48,826 bases of DNA from a virus. The stretch lies in the IMG/VR virus record IMGVR_UViG_3300042691_051905; one strand, given 5' to 3'. Each line of letters starts with the position of its first letter. Within the stretch, counting starts at the first letter, position 1. The notes under the pieces are model-generated. The model was not told the DNA's origin. It made no database searches and saw nothing but the letters and a program-made list of their open reading frames with translations. The translations under genes and the position numbers were made by a program. Shown here piece by piece: positions 39,435 to 46,444 of this stretch.

Positions 39435-40239
39435 GGCTGTTCTCCTGATTGGAGGATAGGGCGAGGAGGTCGGGATCGCCTGCGCTTTGCGCAGTTCCGT
39501 CCGCCTTCCACACTCGCGCCCCTCCGTCGTGAAATAAGCCCGGCATTGGCGCGGTTAAGCCTCGGACAAGGCGAGTTCGCTTGCCCCTTGCGTCGATGTA
39601 ATACTTCCCGGCTTCAAGGCGGAAATCAGCGGGCTTGTGGATGCGATAGGCGATGATGTCGTCGGGCCGGTTGCCTTCATGGCTCCAGCGAAACGCGCCG
39701 GGGTTAAACCAGTCCGTCGGGGCACCGCCTCTCCGAAACGCTACCGATACGCGGCACCCCTGCACCGGGCACTCTCCCCCGTGCCAAGGAATGAAGCCTT
39801 CGGGAATGGTTGAAGTAGGAATTTGCACTTTTTGCAAATTGCTCTCAGCAGGCGTCATAAACGCAGCCGATTGCGAAACGCGAGGATCGCTGTCCACGCG
39901 CATGGTGAGCGGAGCCTTTGCCTCACCGGAGCCAGGAGGAGACGGAGCGGGTTTTCGAGGGCACACTGGACTCTGGCACGTTTGCTCGCTAGTCGGCGGG
40001 CAGACGCAACCGCGCGGCGCAGGCGTTACGGGAATGCTCGGCACGGTTACTGGAATGCTCGGCACGGTTACTGGAATGCTCGGCACGGTTACTGGTCGCG
40101 GTGTGTATGTCGGCTGCCACAGCGGCGAAGATGGCAAGGGCTGTGTGCCATAGTCAGGAACGCCAATGCAGCAGCACGGCGGATATGGCGGGCGAAGGCC
40201 GGGGCAGCCGGGGCAGGGCTTGCGTCCGATGTAGGTCAT
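39424..40239 (-). CDS. Pro/Cys-rich protein with a PVTVPSI x3 repeat and a conserved C-terminal domain
   Basis: 271 aa from ATG 40239 (ATGA overlap upstream). The N-terminus is MTYIGRKPCPGCPGLRPPYPPCCCIG. The C-terminus contains ..FIPWHGGECPVQGCRVSVAFRRGG...FRWSHEGNRPDDIIAYR... Confidence 0.55.
   Translation of the reverse strand: MTYIGRKPCPGCPGLRPPYPPCCCIGVPDYGTQPLPSSPLWQPTYTPRPVTVPSIPVTVPSIPVTVPSIPVTPAPRGCVCPPTSEQTCQSPVCPRKPAPSPPGSGEAKAPLTMRVDSDPRVSQSAAFMTPAESNLQKVQIPTSTIPEGFIPWHGGECPVQGCRVSVAFRRGGAPTDWFNPGAFRWSHEGNRPDDIIAYRIHKPADFRLEAGKYYIDARGKRTRLVRGLTAPMPGLFHDGGARVWKADGTAQSAGDPDLLALSSNQENSHDR
40031..40093. repeat. 21-bp tandem repeat x3 (GGAATGCTCGGCACGGTTACT)
   Basis: Units are 40031..40051, 40052..40072 and 40073..40093, all identical. 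They encode PVTVPSI x3 on the minus strand. Confidence 0.95.
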
Positions 40240-40466
40240 CGCGTCTCTTCCTTTGGCTGGGGCTGGTGTTCGCCGCAAAAGTCGGTTTCGTCCCGTGGCG
40301 GGAATGGTATCAAATGCACTCTCCGACGACGCCACCACTTGTCCGTGTGATAAATGATTGTCAGTGGAGTGCTTTTAAGCATGCACGCGCCGGCATAAGA
40401 GACTGTGCCAATCACGTAATCATCAGTCCACGAAAACCATCGGCACGTCTTGCAGGTGTCAGACAT
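40236..40466 (-). CDS. Small Cys-rich protein, paralogue A (CxxC ... CGEHQPQP)
   Basis: 76 aa from ATG 40466 (MSDTCKTCRWF...DFCGEHQPQPKEETR). Confidence 0.55.
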   Translation of the reverse strand: MSDTCKTCRWFSWTDDYVIGTVSYAGACMLKSTPLTIIYHTDKWWRRRRVHLIPFPPRDETDFCGEHQPQPKEETR

Positions 40467-40492
40467 CACATCACCTCACGTTCGGGCTGGGG
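40464..40492. repeat. 29-bp gene-junction repeat, copy A
   Basis: CATCACATCACCTCACGTTCGGGCTGGGG. On the minus strand it encodes ..PQPEREVM-stop plus a GAGGTGAT RBS and the next ATG. Confidence 0.95.
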
Positions 40493-40741
40493 GCGAAGAA
40501 GCGTGCCGGGCAAAGTATGGTCGCCGCGCCGCAGCGCCTCCCATGGATCTGCCAGCGCGTCCAACAAGGGGCGTTCGTGATCCTCATCTCCGGCAGAAAT
40601 GCACGCCACAGCGGATTGGTATGCGTTGCCGAACAAGAGCAGCAATGCCCAAACAGTGTTTTCAGCGCCGCCGCATTCCGCGATCATTTTGACCACTGCG
40701 CTGCGCTCGTATTTGGTCATTTCCTCGATAATGATCCCCAT
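40466..40741 (-). CDS. Hypothetical protein ending in RPQPEREVM
   Basis: 91 aa from ATG 40741 (MGIIIEEMTKYERSAVVKMIAECGG...). It is not Cys-rich but shares the junction repeat at its 3' end. Confidence 0.5.
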   Translation of the reverse strand: MGIIIEEMTKYERSAVVKMIAECGGAENTVWALLLLFGNAYQSAVACISAGDEDHERPLLDALADPWEALRRGDHTLPGTLLRPQPEREVM

Positions 40742-40767
40742 CACATCACCTCACGTTCCGGCTGGGG
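40739..40767. repeat. 29-bp gene-junction repeat, copy B
   Basis: CATCACATCACCTCACGTTCCGGCTGGGG, 28/29 identical to copies A and C. Confidence 0.95.
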
Positions 40768-40902
40768 CTGGTGCTCGTATTGCGCGCATGTGTCGTCGGG
40801 ATCGGTCGGTTCAGCCCAGTTGGGGCTATCCGAGTTGACGCACCAGCCGTCGCCTAACTCATCCATACGCCAAAAGGCGCACGTCTTGCAGGTGTCAGAC
40901 AT
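40741..40902 (-). CDS. Small Cys-rich protein, paralogue B (53 aa, below the ORF-track cut-off)
   Basis: MSDTCKTCAFWRMDELGDGWCVNSDSPNWAEPTDPDDTCAQYEHQPQPEREVM. Its 5' 22 nt are identical to those of paralogue A. Confidence 0.5.
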   Translation of the reverse strand: MSDTCKTCAFWRMDELGDGWCVNSDSPNWAEPTDPDDTCAQYEHQPQPEREVM

Positions 40903-40914
40903 GACGGGGCCCCT

Positions 40915-41049
40915 TCACAGGATTGCCTTGACATGGCCGGTTGCCTTGTCTCGCAGGGTGATTTTTCCAGAGATAGAGACGTGCGCGGTTCGCTTCTTGC
41001 GGCGAAGCCAAGCGACGATTCTCGCTATCTCAATGTCAGCCTGGCGCAT
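40915..41049 (-). CDS. Small basic protein (44 aa, below the ORF-track cut-off)
   Basis: MRQADIEIARIVAWLRRKKRTAHVSISGKITLRDKATGHVKAIL. Its ATG is supplied by junction repeat copy C. Confidence 0.35.
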   Translation of the reverse strand: MRQADIEIARIVAWLRRKKRTAHVSISGKITLRDKATGHVKAIL

Positions 41050-41075
41050 CACATCACCTCACGTTCGGGCTGGGG
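41047..41075. repeat. 29-bp gene-junction repeat, copy C
   Basis: CATCACATCACCTCACGTTCGGGCTGGGG, identical to copy A. Confidence 0.95.
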
Positions 41076-41300
41076 CTCGAACAGCGCGGCCATGTGACCG
41101 CAAGGCCCAAAATATCGCGCCCAGTAGCAAGACGGCGCTTGGCTCGCCGAAACAATTTGAGTGTTAAGCGTCCACAGGTCACCCGTCACCAGATTGCGCT
41201 CAGTATTCACCCTCACATGCCGGCACGTGCGCGGCAATTTCGTGCGCTCGCGATCGAGGAACCGGCAATCAACACAGACCGGCGCTTCATGGATATCCAT
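41049..41300 (-). CDS. Small Cys-rich protein, paralogue C
   Basis: 83 aa from ATG 41300 (MDIHEAPVCVDCRFLDRE...GPCGHMAALFEPQPEREVM). The 237-aa track ORF is an unsupported upstream extension. Confidence 0.5.
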   Translation of the reverse strand: MDIHEAPVCVDCRFLDRERTKLPRTCRHVRVNTERNLVTGDLWTLNTQIVSASQAPSCYWARYFGPCGHMAALFEPQPEREVM

Positions 41301-41611
41301 CACTCTCTCCTGTCGCGGGCCGGCATCGAGGGGCCAGAAATCAAAGCATCGCTCGGCCCCTGCAGGGCCAGGCGCTCGCGCTCGGCGGCGGCGCGGCGCT
41401 GGTCCACATAGGTGGCGAGATCCTGCAGATGCACGCCGAGCGCTGACTTCTGGCTCTTTTCCATGCGCACCACGGCGAGATCGATATCGCCCGCCGCCAA
41501 CTTGCGGCGGAACTCGGTCGGGCTGAGGTGGCCAAAGAAATCCTGGCGCACATGCTCGATCGGGATCACCGTCCGGCCGAATTGCGCGAGCAGAAGGAAC
41601 GCGGTGTTCAT
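41300..41611 (-). CDS. PrtN-family transcriptional activator (pyocin activator-like)
   Basis: 103 aa. MNTAFLLLAQFGRTVIPIEHVRQDFFGHLSPTEFRRKLAAGDIDLAVVRMEKSQKSALGVHLQDLATYVDQRRAAA matches, from memory, the whole length of Pseudomonas PrtN. Confidence 0.8.
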   Translation of the reverse strand: MNTAFLLLAQFGRTVIPIEHVRQDFFGHLSPTEFRRKLAAGDIDLAVVRMEKSQKSALGVHLQDLATYVDQRRAAAERERLALQGPSDALISGPSMPARDRRE

Positions 41612-41817
41612 GGCCGCCCCCCGCCTGCTCTGCTCTGCGCGGGCGAAGACGCATGCCAGAGCATGTCGACCATGGCGATGGGGGCAAGCACCGGCCAGGA
41701 AAGGGCCACAAACGCCACGCCGCCAAGTGAATAATTGCCTTTGCGCCTTTGAAAGTCGGCATGCGTGCTGCCGATTGCCAGGGCGCCTACGACATACAGA
41801 TAGACTGCCATTTTCAT
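41608..41817 (-). CDS. Small membrane protein
   Basis: 69 aa from ATG 41817 with a GAGGAGAG RBS (MKMAVYLYVVGALAIGS...GGVAFVALSWPVLAPIAMV). Confidence 0.5.
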   Translation of the reverse strand: MKMAVYLYVVGALAIGSTHADFQRRKGNYSLGGVAFVALSWPVLAPIAMVDMLWHASSPAQSRAGGGRP

Positions 41818-41827
41818 GTGGCTCTCC

Positions 41828-42301
41828 TCAGAATGGAATGTCGTCGTCGAGATCGCTTTTCGCCGCCGGCGCGCCGGCCTTCGCATCGGCGTAGCCGTTG
41901 CGCGGCAGACTGGAATCGCCCTCGGGCCTGGCGTCGTCGTCGCGGTCGCCCTTGCTGTCGAGCAGGGTGATTTCACCGCGATATTGCGCCAGCACCACCT
42001 CGGTGGAATAACGCTTCACGTTGTCCTTGTCGGTCCATTCGCGGGTTTGAAGCTGCCCCTCGATATAGACCTTCGAGCCCTTGCGCAGGTATTGCTGCGC
42101 CACCTTGGCAAGGGGCTCGTTGAAGATCACCACGTTGTGCCATTCGCTCTTCGAGCGGCGCTCGCCGGTCTGCTTGTCGCGCCAGCTTTCGTTGGTGCTC
42201 ATGCGCAGGCTCACCACGAGGTTGCCGTTGCTGAGGTGGCGGGATTCCGGGTCTCGCCCCAGATGTCCGATCAGAATGACCTTGTTGACCGAACCGCTCA
42301 T
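41828..42301 (-). CDS. ssb: Single-stranded DNA-binding protein
   Basis: 157 aa. The OB-fold N-terminus is NKVILIGHLGRDPESR...SEWHNVVIF and the acidic C-terminal tip is DLDDDIPF. Confidence 0.95.
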   Translation of the reverse strand: MSGSVNKVILIGHLGRDPESRHLSNGNLVVSLRMSTNESWRDKQTGERRSKSEWHNVVIFNEPLAKVAQQYLRKGSKVYIEGQLQTREWTDKDNVKRYSTEVVLAQYRGEITLLDSKGDRDDDARPEGDSSLPRNGYADAKAGAPAAKSDLDDDIPF

Positions 42302-42522
42302 GTTGCCTTTCCTCCTTTTTCGAATTCCCGGGCGATGGCATCGAACAGATCCGCGGTGCGCGTGGCGATGACCGCCTCGGGTGATTGCACGGTCACCTCT
42401 TCGCCGCTGTGCTGGGCGATTTCCGTGCGGGTGAACTTTGCGGCCATGGCGCGCTTCCTCTCGGCGGCTTTGCGGAACGAGGCGGCCGCGCTGCCGGCAT
42501 GAAGTGGGAAGTTTTCAGGCAT
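42298..42522 (-). CDS. Hypothetical protein
   Basis: 74 aa, with overlapping stop/start at both ends. Confidence 0.5.
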   Translation of the reverse strand: MPENFPLHAGSAAASFRKAAERKRAMAAKFTRTEIAQHSGEEVTVQSPEAVIATRTADLFDAIAREFEKGGKAT

Positions 42523-42755
42523 CACGCGTTTCCTTCAAACAGATTGGGATGATCAGCGTGGCGCTTCGCCTCCAGCGCCTTGCGGGCGGGGGCAATGCGG
42601 GCGCGCCGGGTTTCCTCGGTCAGCAGCTGCGCGCGCGTTTTCACCAGTTCACGGCGCAGGCGTGCGGTTTTGGCATGGGCCCTCCTCGCCGCCGCCAGTT
42701 CGGTTTGCAGGCGCGCGAAGCGCTGGGTGAGAAAGCCGATGGTCGCCATGCTCAC
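42522..42755 (-). CDS. Hypothetical coiled-coil protein
   Basis: 77 aa, Arg/Ala-rich and helical. Its start overlaps the dnaN-like stop. Confidence 0.5.
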   Translation of the reverse strand: MSMATIGFLTQRFARLQTELAAARRAHAKTARLRRELVKTRAQLLTEETRRARIAPARKALEAKRHADHPNLFEGNA

Positions 42756-43870
42756 ACCCGCATCGGCATGAGCACGGTGAGGAAGTGATCCTCCGCCGCC
42801 GAGGTGATGAGGGCCGGCGAGCCGGCATCGGCGAGGGCGATCTTCACCACGTCGCCCTCGATTGCGCCCACGGCATCGGCGAAATAGCGGGCGTTGAAGC
42901 CGATCTCGACCGGGGTGCCGGCATAGTCGATTTCCACTTCGTCGCTGGAAGAGCCGGCATCCGGGTTCGTCACCGCGAGCTCCAGCGCATCCTCCGAAAA
43001 GCGCAGCCTCATGGCCCTGCCGCGCTCGCTCGATATGGTTGAGACGCGGTCGGCGGCGCGCAGCAGATCATCCCGCTCGGCATTCGCCACCTTGTCATTC
43101 CGCCTGGGGATGACGCGCTGATAATCGGGGAAGGTGCTGTCGATCAGCTTCGAGGTGAGGCGCGTGGCGCCGATGGCGAGGGTGATTGCAAAAGGGGAAA
43201 CCCCGATTGCAACCTCATCCTCCTTCGAGCCCTTCAGCAGCTTCAGGATTTCGCCCGCGGTGTCGCGGGGAATGATGGTGCCGGGCATGCCGCTCGCCCC
43301 CTCCGGCGCCGGCGCCCGCATCAGGGCCAGGCGATGGCTATCGGTGGCGACGGAAACAAGATTGCCATCCTCCACATGCCAGAACACGCCGTTCAGATAA
43401 TAGCGCGCCGCGTCGGTTGACGCCGCAAACGCCACCCGCGCGAGCAGCACCTCGATTGTCTTCCGCGGCAGGGTGAACCGGTGCAGGATTTCCCGTTCGG
43501 GCGAATCGGGGAAGTCTTCCGCCGAAAGCGTATGCAGCGTGAAGCGCGAGCGACCCGCCTTCACCACCATCTGCCCGCCGCGCTCGGCCTCGATACGCAT
43601 GGCCGCACCCTCGGCGAGCTTCTTCACGATGTCGTGCAGCATGCCGCCCGGCGCCGTGAAGGCAATCGGAGCGCCCTCGATCTGAGCGGGGAGGCTGGCC
43701 TCTACCGTGATCTCGAGATCCGTGCCGGTGATATGCAGGCTTTCGCCCTCGGCCCGCAGGCGAAGATGCTGAAGAATGTCAATGCTGGTGCGGCTCGCGA
43801 TCACGCCGGCCGCGCGCGCCAGCACCGGCAGGAGCGCATCGCGTTGAACCGTAAGGATGGTGGGGGGCAT
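42752..43870 (-). CDS. dnaN: DNA polymerase III beta sliding clamp homologue
   Basis: 372 aa from ATG 43870 with an AGAGAGG RBS. It is collinear with bacterial DnaN: ..LHITGTDLEITVEA.., ..GRSRFTLHTLSAEDFP.., ..RYYLNGVFW.., ..VATDSHRLA.., ..LTSKLIDSTFPDYQRVIP.., ..IGFNARY.., ..LMPMRV at the C-terminus. Confidence 0.95.
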   Translation of the reverse strand: MPPTILTVQRDALLPVLARAAGVIASRTSIDILQHLRLRAEGESLHITGTDLEITVEASLPAQIEGAPIAFTAPGGMLHDIVKKLAEGAAMRIEAERGGQMVVKAGRSRFTLHTLSAEDFPDSPEREILHRFTLPRKTIEVLLARVAFAASTDAARYYLNGVFWHVEDGNLVSVATDSHRLALMRAPAPEGASGMPGTIIPRDTAGEILKLLKGSKEDEVAIGVSPFAITLAIGATRLTSKLIDSTFPDYQRVIPRRNDKVANAERDDLLRAADRVSTISSERGRAMRLRFSEDALELAVTNPDAGSSSDEVEIDYAGTPVEIGFNARYFADAVGAIEGDVVKIALADAGSPALITSAAEDHFLTVLMPMRV

Positions 43871-43925
43871 GGTGCCTCTCTTGTCTGGGGAAGATGTGCC
43901 CGGCGCTCGCCCCGGGCGCGGCGGG

Positions 43926-44255
43926 TCACGCGCTGGCGTGCAGCGGCTCGATGTCCATAACTCTGGCGTAGCCTTCGACCTCATTGAACTCGAAGGTGAG
44001 GAGACGACCAGGGACGCGGTCCGCAACCTCCTCCGCGTTTTCCTTGTTCGCCGCCTCGACCACGTATTCGGCAGTCTCGCGAACGATGCGTTCGAAGGTC
44101 ACGCGCCATCTGATCTTCTCGCCGTCCTTCAGGCCGAAGGTCGGGTCAACCTCGCGAATGATTTTTGCCGCGCCGCCTGCCGGCGCCGCGATGGCCTTTG
44201 CCATCATTTCCGCCGAGACGGGGCCGAATGAGGGGTGAAGTTCTGCTTTAGCCAT
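43926..44255 (-). CDS. Hypothetical protein
   Basis: 109 aa with consistent codon bias. No motif recognised. Confidence 0.5.
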   Translation of the reverse strand: MAKAELHPSFGPVSAEMMAKAIAAPAGGAAKIIREVDPTFGLKDGEKIRWRVTFERIVRETAEYVVEAANKENAEEVADRVPGRLLTFEFNEVEGYARVMDIEPLHASA

Positions 44256-44267
44256 GGCCTTTCCTTC

Positions 44268-44972
44268 TCAGTCGCCAGGGGTGGTTTTGTTGAGCACCGG
44301 CTGCCGGAGGGTTTTGTTGAAAGCCGGCAACCAGCGCCGGGCGCGGGTCATGAAGTCGGCCGCCGCATCGGGCCAGGGCTGCGCGCGCAGGCGGCCATTG
44401 CGGCGGATGGGTTGGGCGGCTTCGAATACAGGCGGCCAACGGCACGGCGCCGGGCCAAGCAGGTGATTGCGCTCGGTGATGAGCATGCGGATATCCATCG
44501 CCTTGATGGCGTAGCTCTCATCGGTGCTCGGCATCTCGATGCCGGCCGCGGCGTGAATGGCCTCGTCCACTCCCTTGCGCAGGAGGGCAAGGCAGGCATA
44601 GAGCCTCGCGCCCGCTCCGGGCCCGGCCTTGCTGTCGGCAATATCCACCAGCGCGGCCTGAACCGGCGTGGTGAGATCACCGAGATAGGCCTCATGCGCG
44701 TCATGCAGCAGGAAGAGCGCGGCGAGGCGCTCATCGCCCGTTTCGCGCAGAAGCGCATCCGCCCCTTCCACGCTGTGCTGCGCCACCGAATAGGGGCCGG
44801 AGGCGATATGCCCCGAAAACCGCGCAAGGCGGGCGAGCGGGCCGGCAATATCATTTTCAAGGTCGACCATGGCGGGATCGGGCTTCAGAAGATCAAAAGC
44901 CTTGCCGGATGCCGTCTGAATCCATGGAGCATCGAGCGTGAATTCGATGATGGGCAGGGCGCGGGCATCCAT
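44268..44972 (-). CDS. HD-domain phosphohydrolase
   Basis: 234 aa. SVAQHSVEG...LFLLHDAHEAYLGDL gives the H...HD...D metal-binding pattern. Confidence 0.7.
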   Translation of the reverse strand: MDARALPIIEFTLDAPWIQTASGKAFDLLKPDPAMVDLENDIAGPLARLARFSGHIASGPYSVAQHSVEGADALLRETGDERLAALFLLHDAHEAYLGDLTTPVQAALVDIADSKAGPGAGARLYACLALLRKGVDEAIHAAAGIEMPSTDESYAIKAMDIRMLITERNHLLGPAPCRWPPVFEAAQPIRRNGRLRAQPWPDAAADFMTRARRWLPAFNKTLRQPVLNKTTPGD

Positions 44973-45361
44973 CACGCCACCTCCGGCCCGGGGGCCTCGT
45001 TGCCGCAGGCATTTTCAAGGGCGAGGCCCGGCATGGCGGCGCGGCCATGTTCGTTGATCTGTGCCCGGTTCCAGCCCATGCGCAGGAAATCATCCGTCAG
45101 CAGGATGGCGCGCCGGGCCATGAGCGCCCGGGCATCCTCGATCAGCCGCTCGCGAATGCGCCGGGCCGAGCGCATCTCGGCCCGCGCGACGGGCCAGGTG
45201 CCATCGGGGCGCCGGGTTTCGCGATGCGTGGGAGAGGAAAGTGCGGCCTGCGCAAGGCTCACGCAGGCAGCAACCGGCGGAGCCGAACGCGTGCCGGGAA
45301 CGGCCCAGCCGGATTCAGAATGAACGGCGGGAATGCCGGTATTGATGAGGGGGGTGCTCAT
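44972..45361 (-). CDS. Hypothetical protein, first gene of the leftward early operon
   Basis: 129 aa from ATG 45361 (MSTPLINTGIPAV...). The upstream part of the track ORF runs into the promoter region. Confidence 0.5.
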   Translation of the reverse strand: MSTPLINTGIPAVHSESGWAVPGTRSAPPVAACVSLAQAALSSPTHRETRRPDGTWPVARAEMRSARRIRERLIEDARALMARRAILLTDDFLRMGWNRAQINEHGRAAMPGLALENACGNEAPGPEVA

Positions 45362-45395
45362 GACGTGATCGCTCCGTCCGTGTTTGGATGAGCGT

Positions 45396-45437
45396 AATAG
45401 TGCATGACGCACGAAAGCCGTCAAGTGCTTTTTGCAC
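45396..45437 (-). promoter_or_regulatory. Leftward early promoter with two GTGC-N5-GCAC operators (PL/OL analogue)
   Basis: The minus strand reads GTGCAAAAAGCAC TTGACG GCTTTC GTGCGTCATGCAC TATT. It is 33/42 identical to the module at 46449..46490, with identical spacing. Confidence 0.55.
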
Positions 45438-45448
45438 GAATTTTACGC

Positions 45449-45486
45449 AAAAAAAGACCTGGGAACGGCGACCCGCCGTCACCAGG
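45449..45486 (-). terminator. Intrinsic terminator candidate for the cI operon
   Basis: On the minus strand: CCTGG..ACGGCG-GGT-CGCCGT..CCAGG (5+6 bp stem with a 2x2 internal loop), then TCTTTTTTT. It lies between the last cI-operon gene and the PL operators. Confidence 0.65.
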
Positions 45487-45503
45487 CTCCTGGTTGCGTC
45501 AAA

Positions 45504-45839
45504 TCAATATCCCCTATTGTGGCACGCGACGAAATGCGCCTCATCCCCCCGCCCGACCAAATTAACATGCCGCCGCATGATCTCTCGCCGGATTTTGCAG
45601 GAGGCAGCCTGATCCCGGACAAAAGCTCCATCGCATCCATCCCAAAGGCAGAAGGCGCGATTGCGCATCGCGGTATATTCCCCCCGCCGGAAGGCCGCAC
45701 GCTCCGCCCGGGCTTGTTCTTGCGCATGGGCGCACCAATCAATGCCGCTTGTTGGCGGGCACCTCATCTCGATTAATTCTTGGCTTGCCGCCCCCGTCAG
45801 CCCGAGAGTCGTCGCCAACACGATCACCGTTGCTCTCAT
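45504..45839 (-). CDS. Exported Cys-rich protein co-transcribed with the repressor (lysogenic-conversion or exclusion candidate)
   Basis: 111 aa from ATG 45839, which overlaps the cI stop (ATGA). It has a signal peptide (MRATVIVLATTLGLTGAASQ) and a Cys-rich mature part. Confidence 0.6.
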   Translation of the reverse strand: MRATVIVLATTLGLTGAASQELIEMRCPPTSGIDWCAHAQEQARAERAAFRRGEYTAMRNRAFCLWDGCDGAFVRDQAASCKIRREIMRRHVNLVGRGDEAHFVACHNRGY

Positions 45840-46435
45840 AGCAGCACCCCGTAAACTTTGAAGCATGTTAAGATTTCAACATCATGCTCGGTTTTGTTGT
45901 GGCTCCATAGCGTATGTTTGCCGGGTGCCTGTGACCGCATGATCTTCTTGATCATTACACGGCCATCCATTGTTTGCGCAACAGCATAGTGGCCTATCAG
46001 TTTTTCTGGCGATATCGGCGTCGGGTCATAAAGCAGCGTCTCGCCATCCATGAAGCGCGGATACATGGAGTCGCCCTTGACGATCAGGGCGGCAAGCTCG
46101 CCGGCGGCAGGGAGCTCGACGTGATCAATCACGCCGGCGCCGGCCGGGTCTTCAATTGGCAAGGTATCCATGCCAGCCGAGGCAATGCCCATGATGGGTA
46201 TCGCCGGCTGGTGTCCGCGCATGCTGCCCCGGCCGGTCAGCAGCCACTCCAGGTTTACCCGGAAGAACCGCGCATAGCGCTCTGCGTGAAGCTTGAACCC
46301 GCGCTTGCCGTTTTCGTGCTGCGTGTAGGTCGCGTTCGCGATGTTGAGAGCCTCCGCTGCCGCCGACGCGGAATCGAAAAACTGCGCGCGTGCTTTCTGC
46401 AGGCGTTGGTGAGGCTCTTTCATGGGGTGAGCCAT
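45836..46435 (-). CDS. cI: CI/LexA-like repressor (XRE HTH plus S24 peptidase)
   Basis: 199 aa. The HTH is SASAAAEALNIANATYTQHENGKR. The S24 Ser motif is VKGDSMYPRF and the Lys is in VMIKKI. It is transcribed divergently from the Cro-like gene. Confidence 0.9.
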   Translation of the reverse strand: MAHPMKEPHQRLQKARAQFFDSASAAAEALNIANATYTQHENGKRGFKLHAERYARFFRVNLEWLLTGRGSMRGHQPAIPIMGIASAGMDTLPIEDPAGAGVIDHVELPAAGELAALIVKGDSMYPRFMDGETLLYDPTPISPEKLIGHYAVAQTMDGRVMIKKIMRSQAPGKHTLWSHNKTEHDVEILTCFKVYGVLL

Positions 46436-46444
46436 ATCAGACTA

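Noticed and set aside
38640-39656. 338-aa plus-strand ORF overlapping the SerRS-core gene.
   Set aside because: It is antisense to a gene with unmistakable class II synthetase motifs and a strong RBS, and its translation has no recognisable features.
40464-41075. Three 29-bp direct repeats at regular spacing, considered as a possible CRISPR-like array.
   Set aside because: The spacers are 246-279 bp, far longer than CRISPR spacers, and are protein-coding. The repeats themselves encode gene ends, RBS and starts. There are no cas genes.
41049-41762. 237-aa minus-strand ORF, plus other long N-terminal extensions of track ORFs (7423, 10986, 11278, 18173, 18457, 22486, 23379, 37663..38451, 42752..44026, 44972..45424, 46969, 47325).
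   Set aside because: The upstream parts overlap the preceding genes in other frames and are Arg/Pro-rich. Internal ATGs with an RBS or with stop/start overlap give products that begin where family similarity begins.
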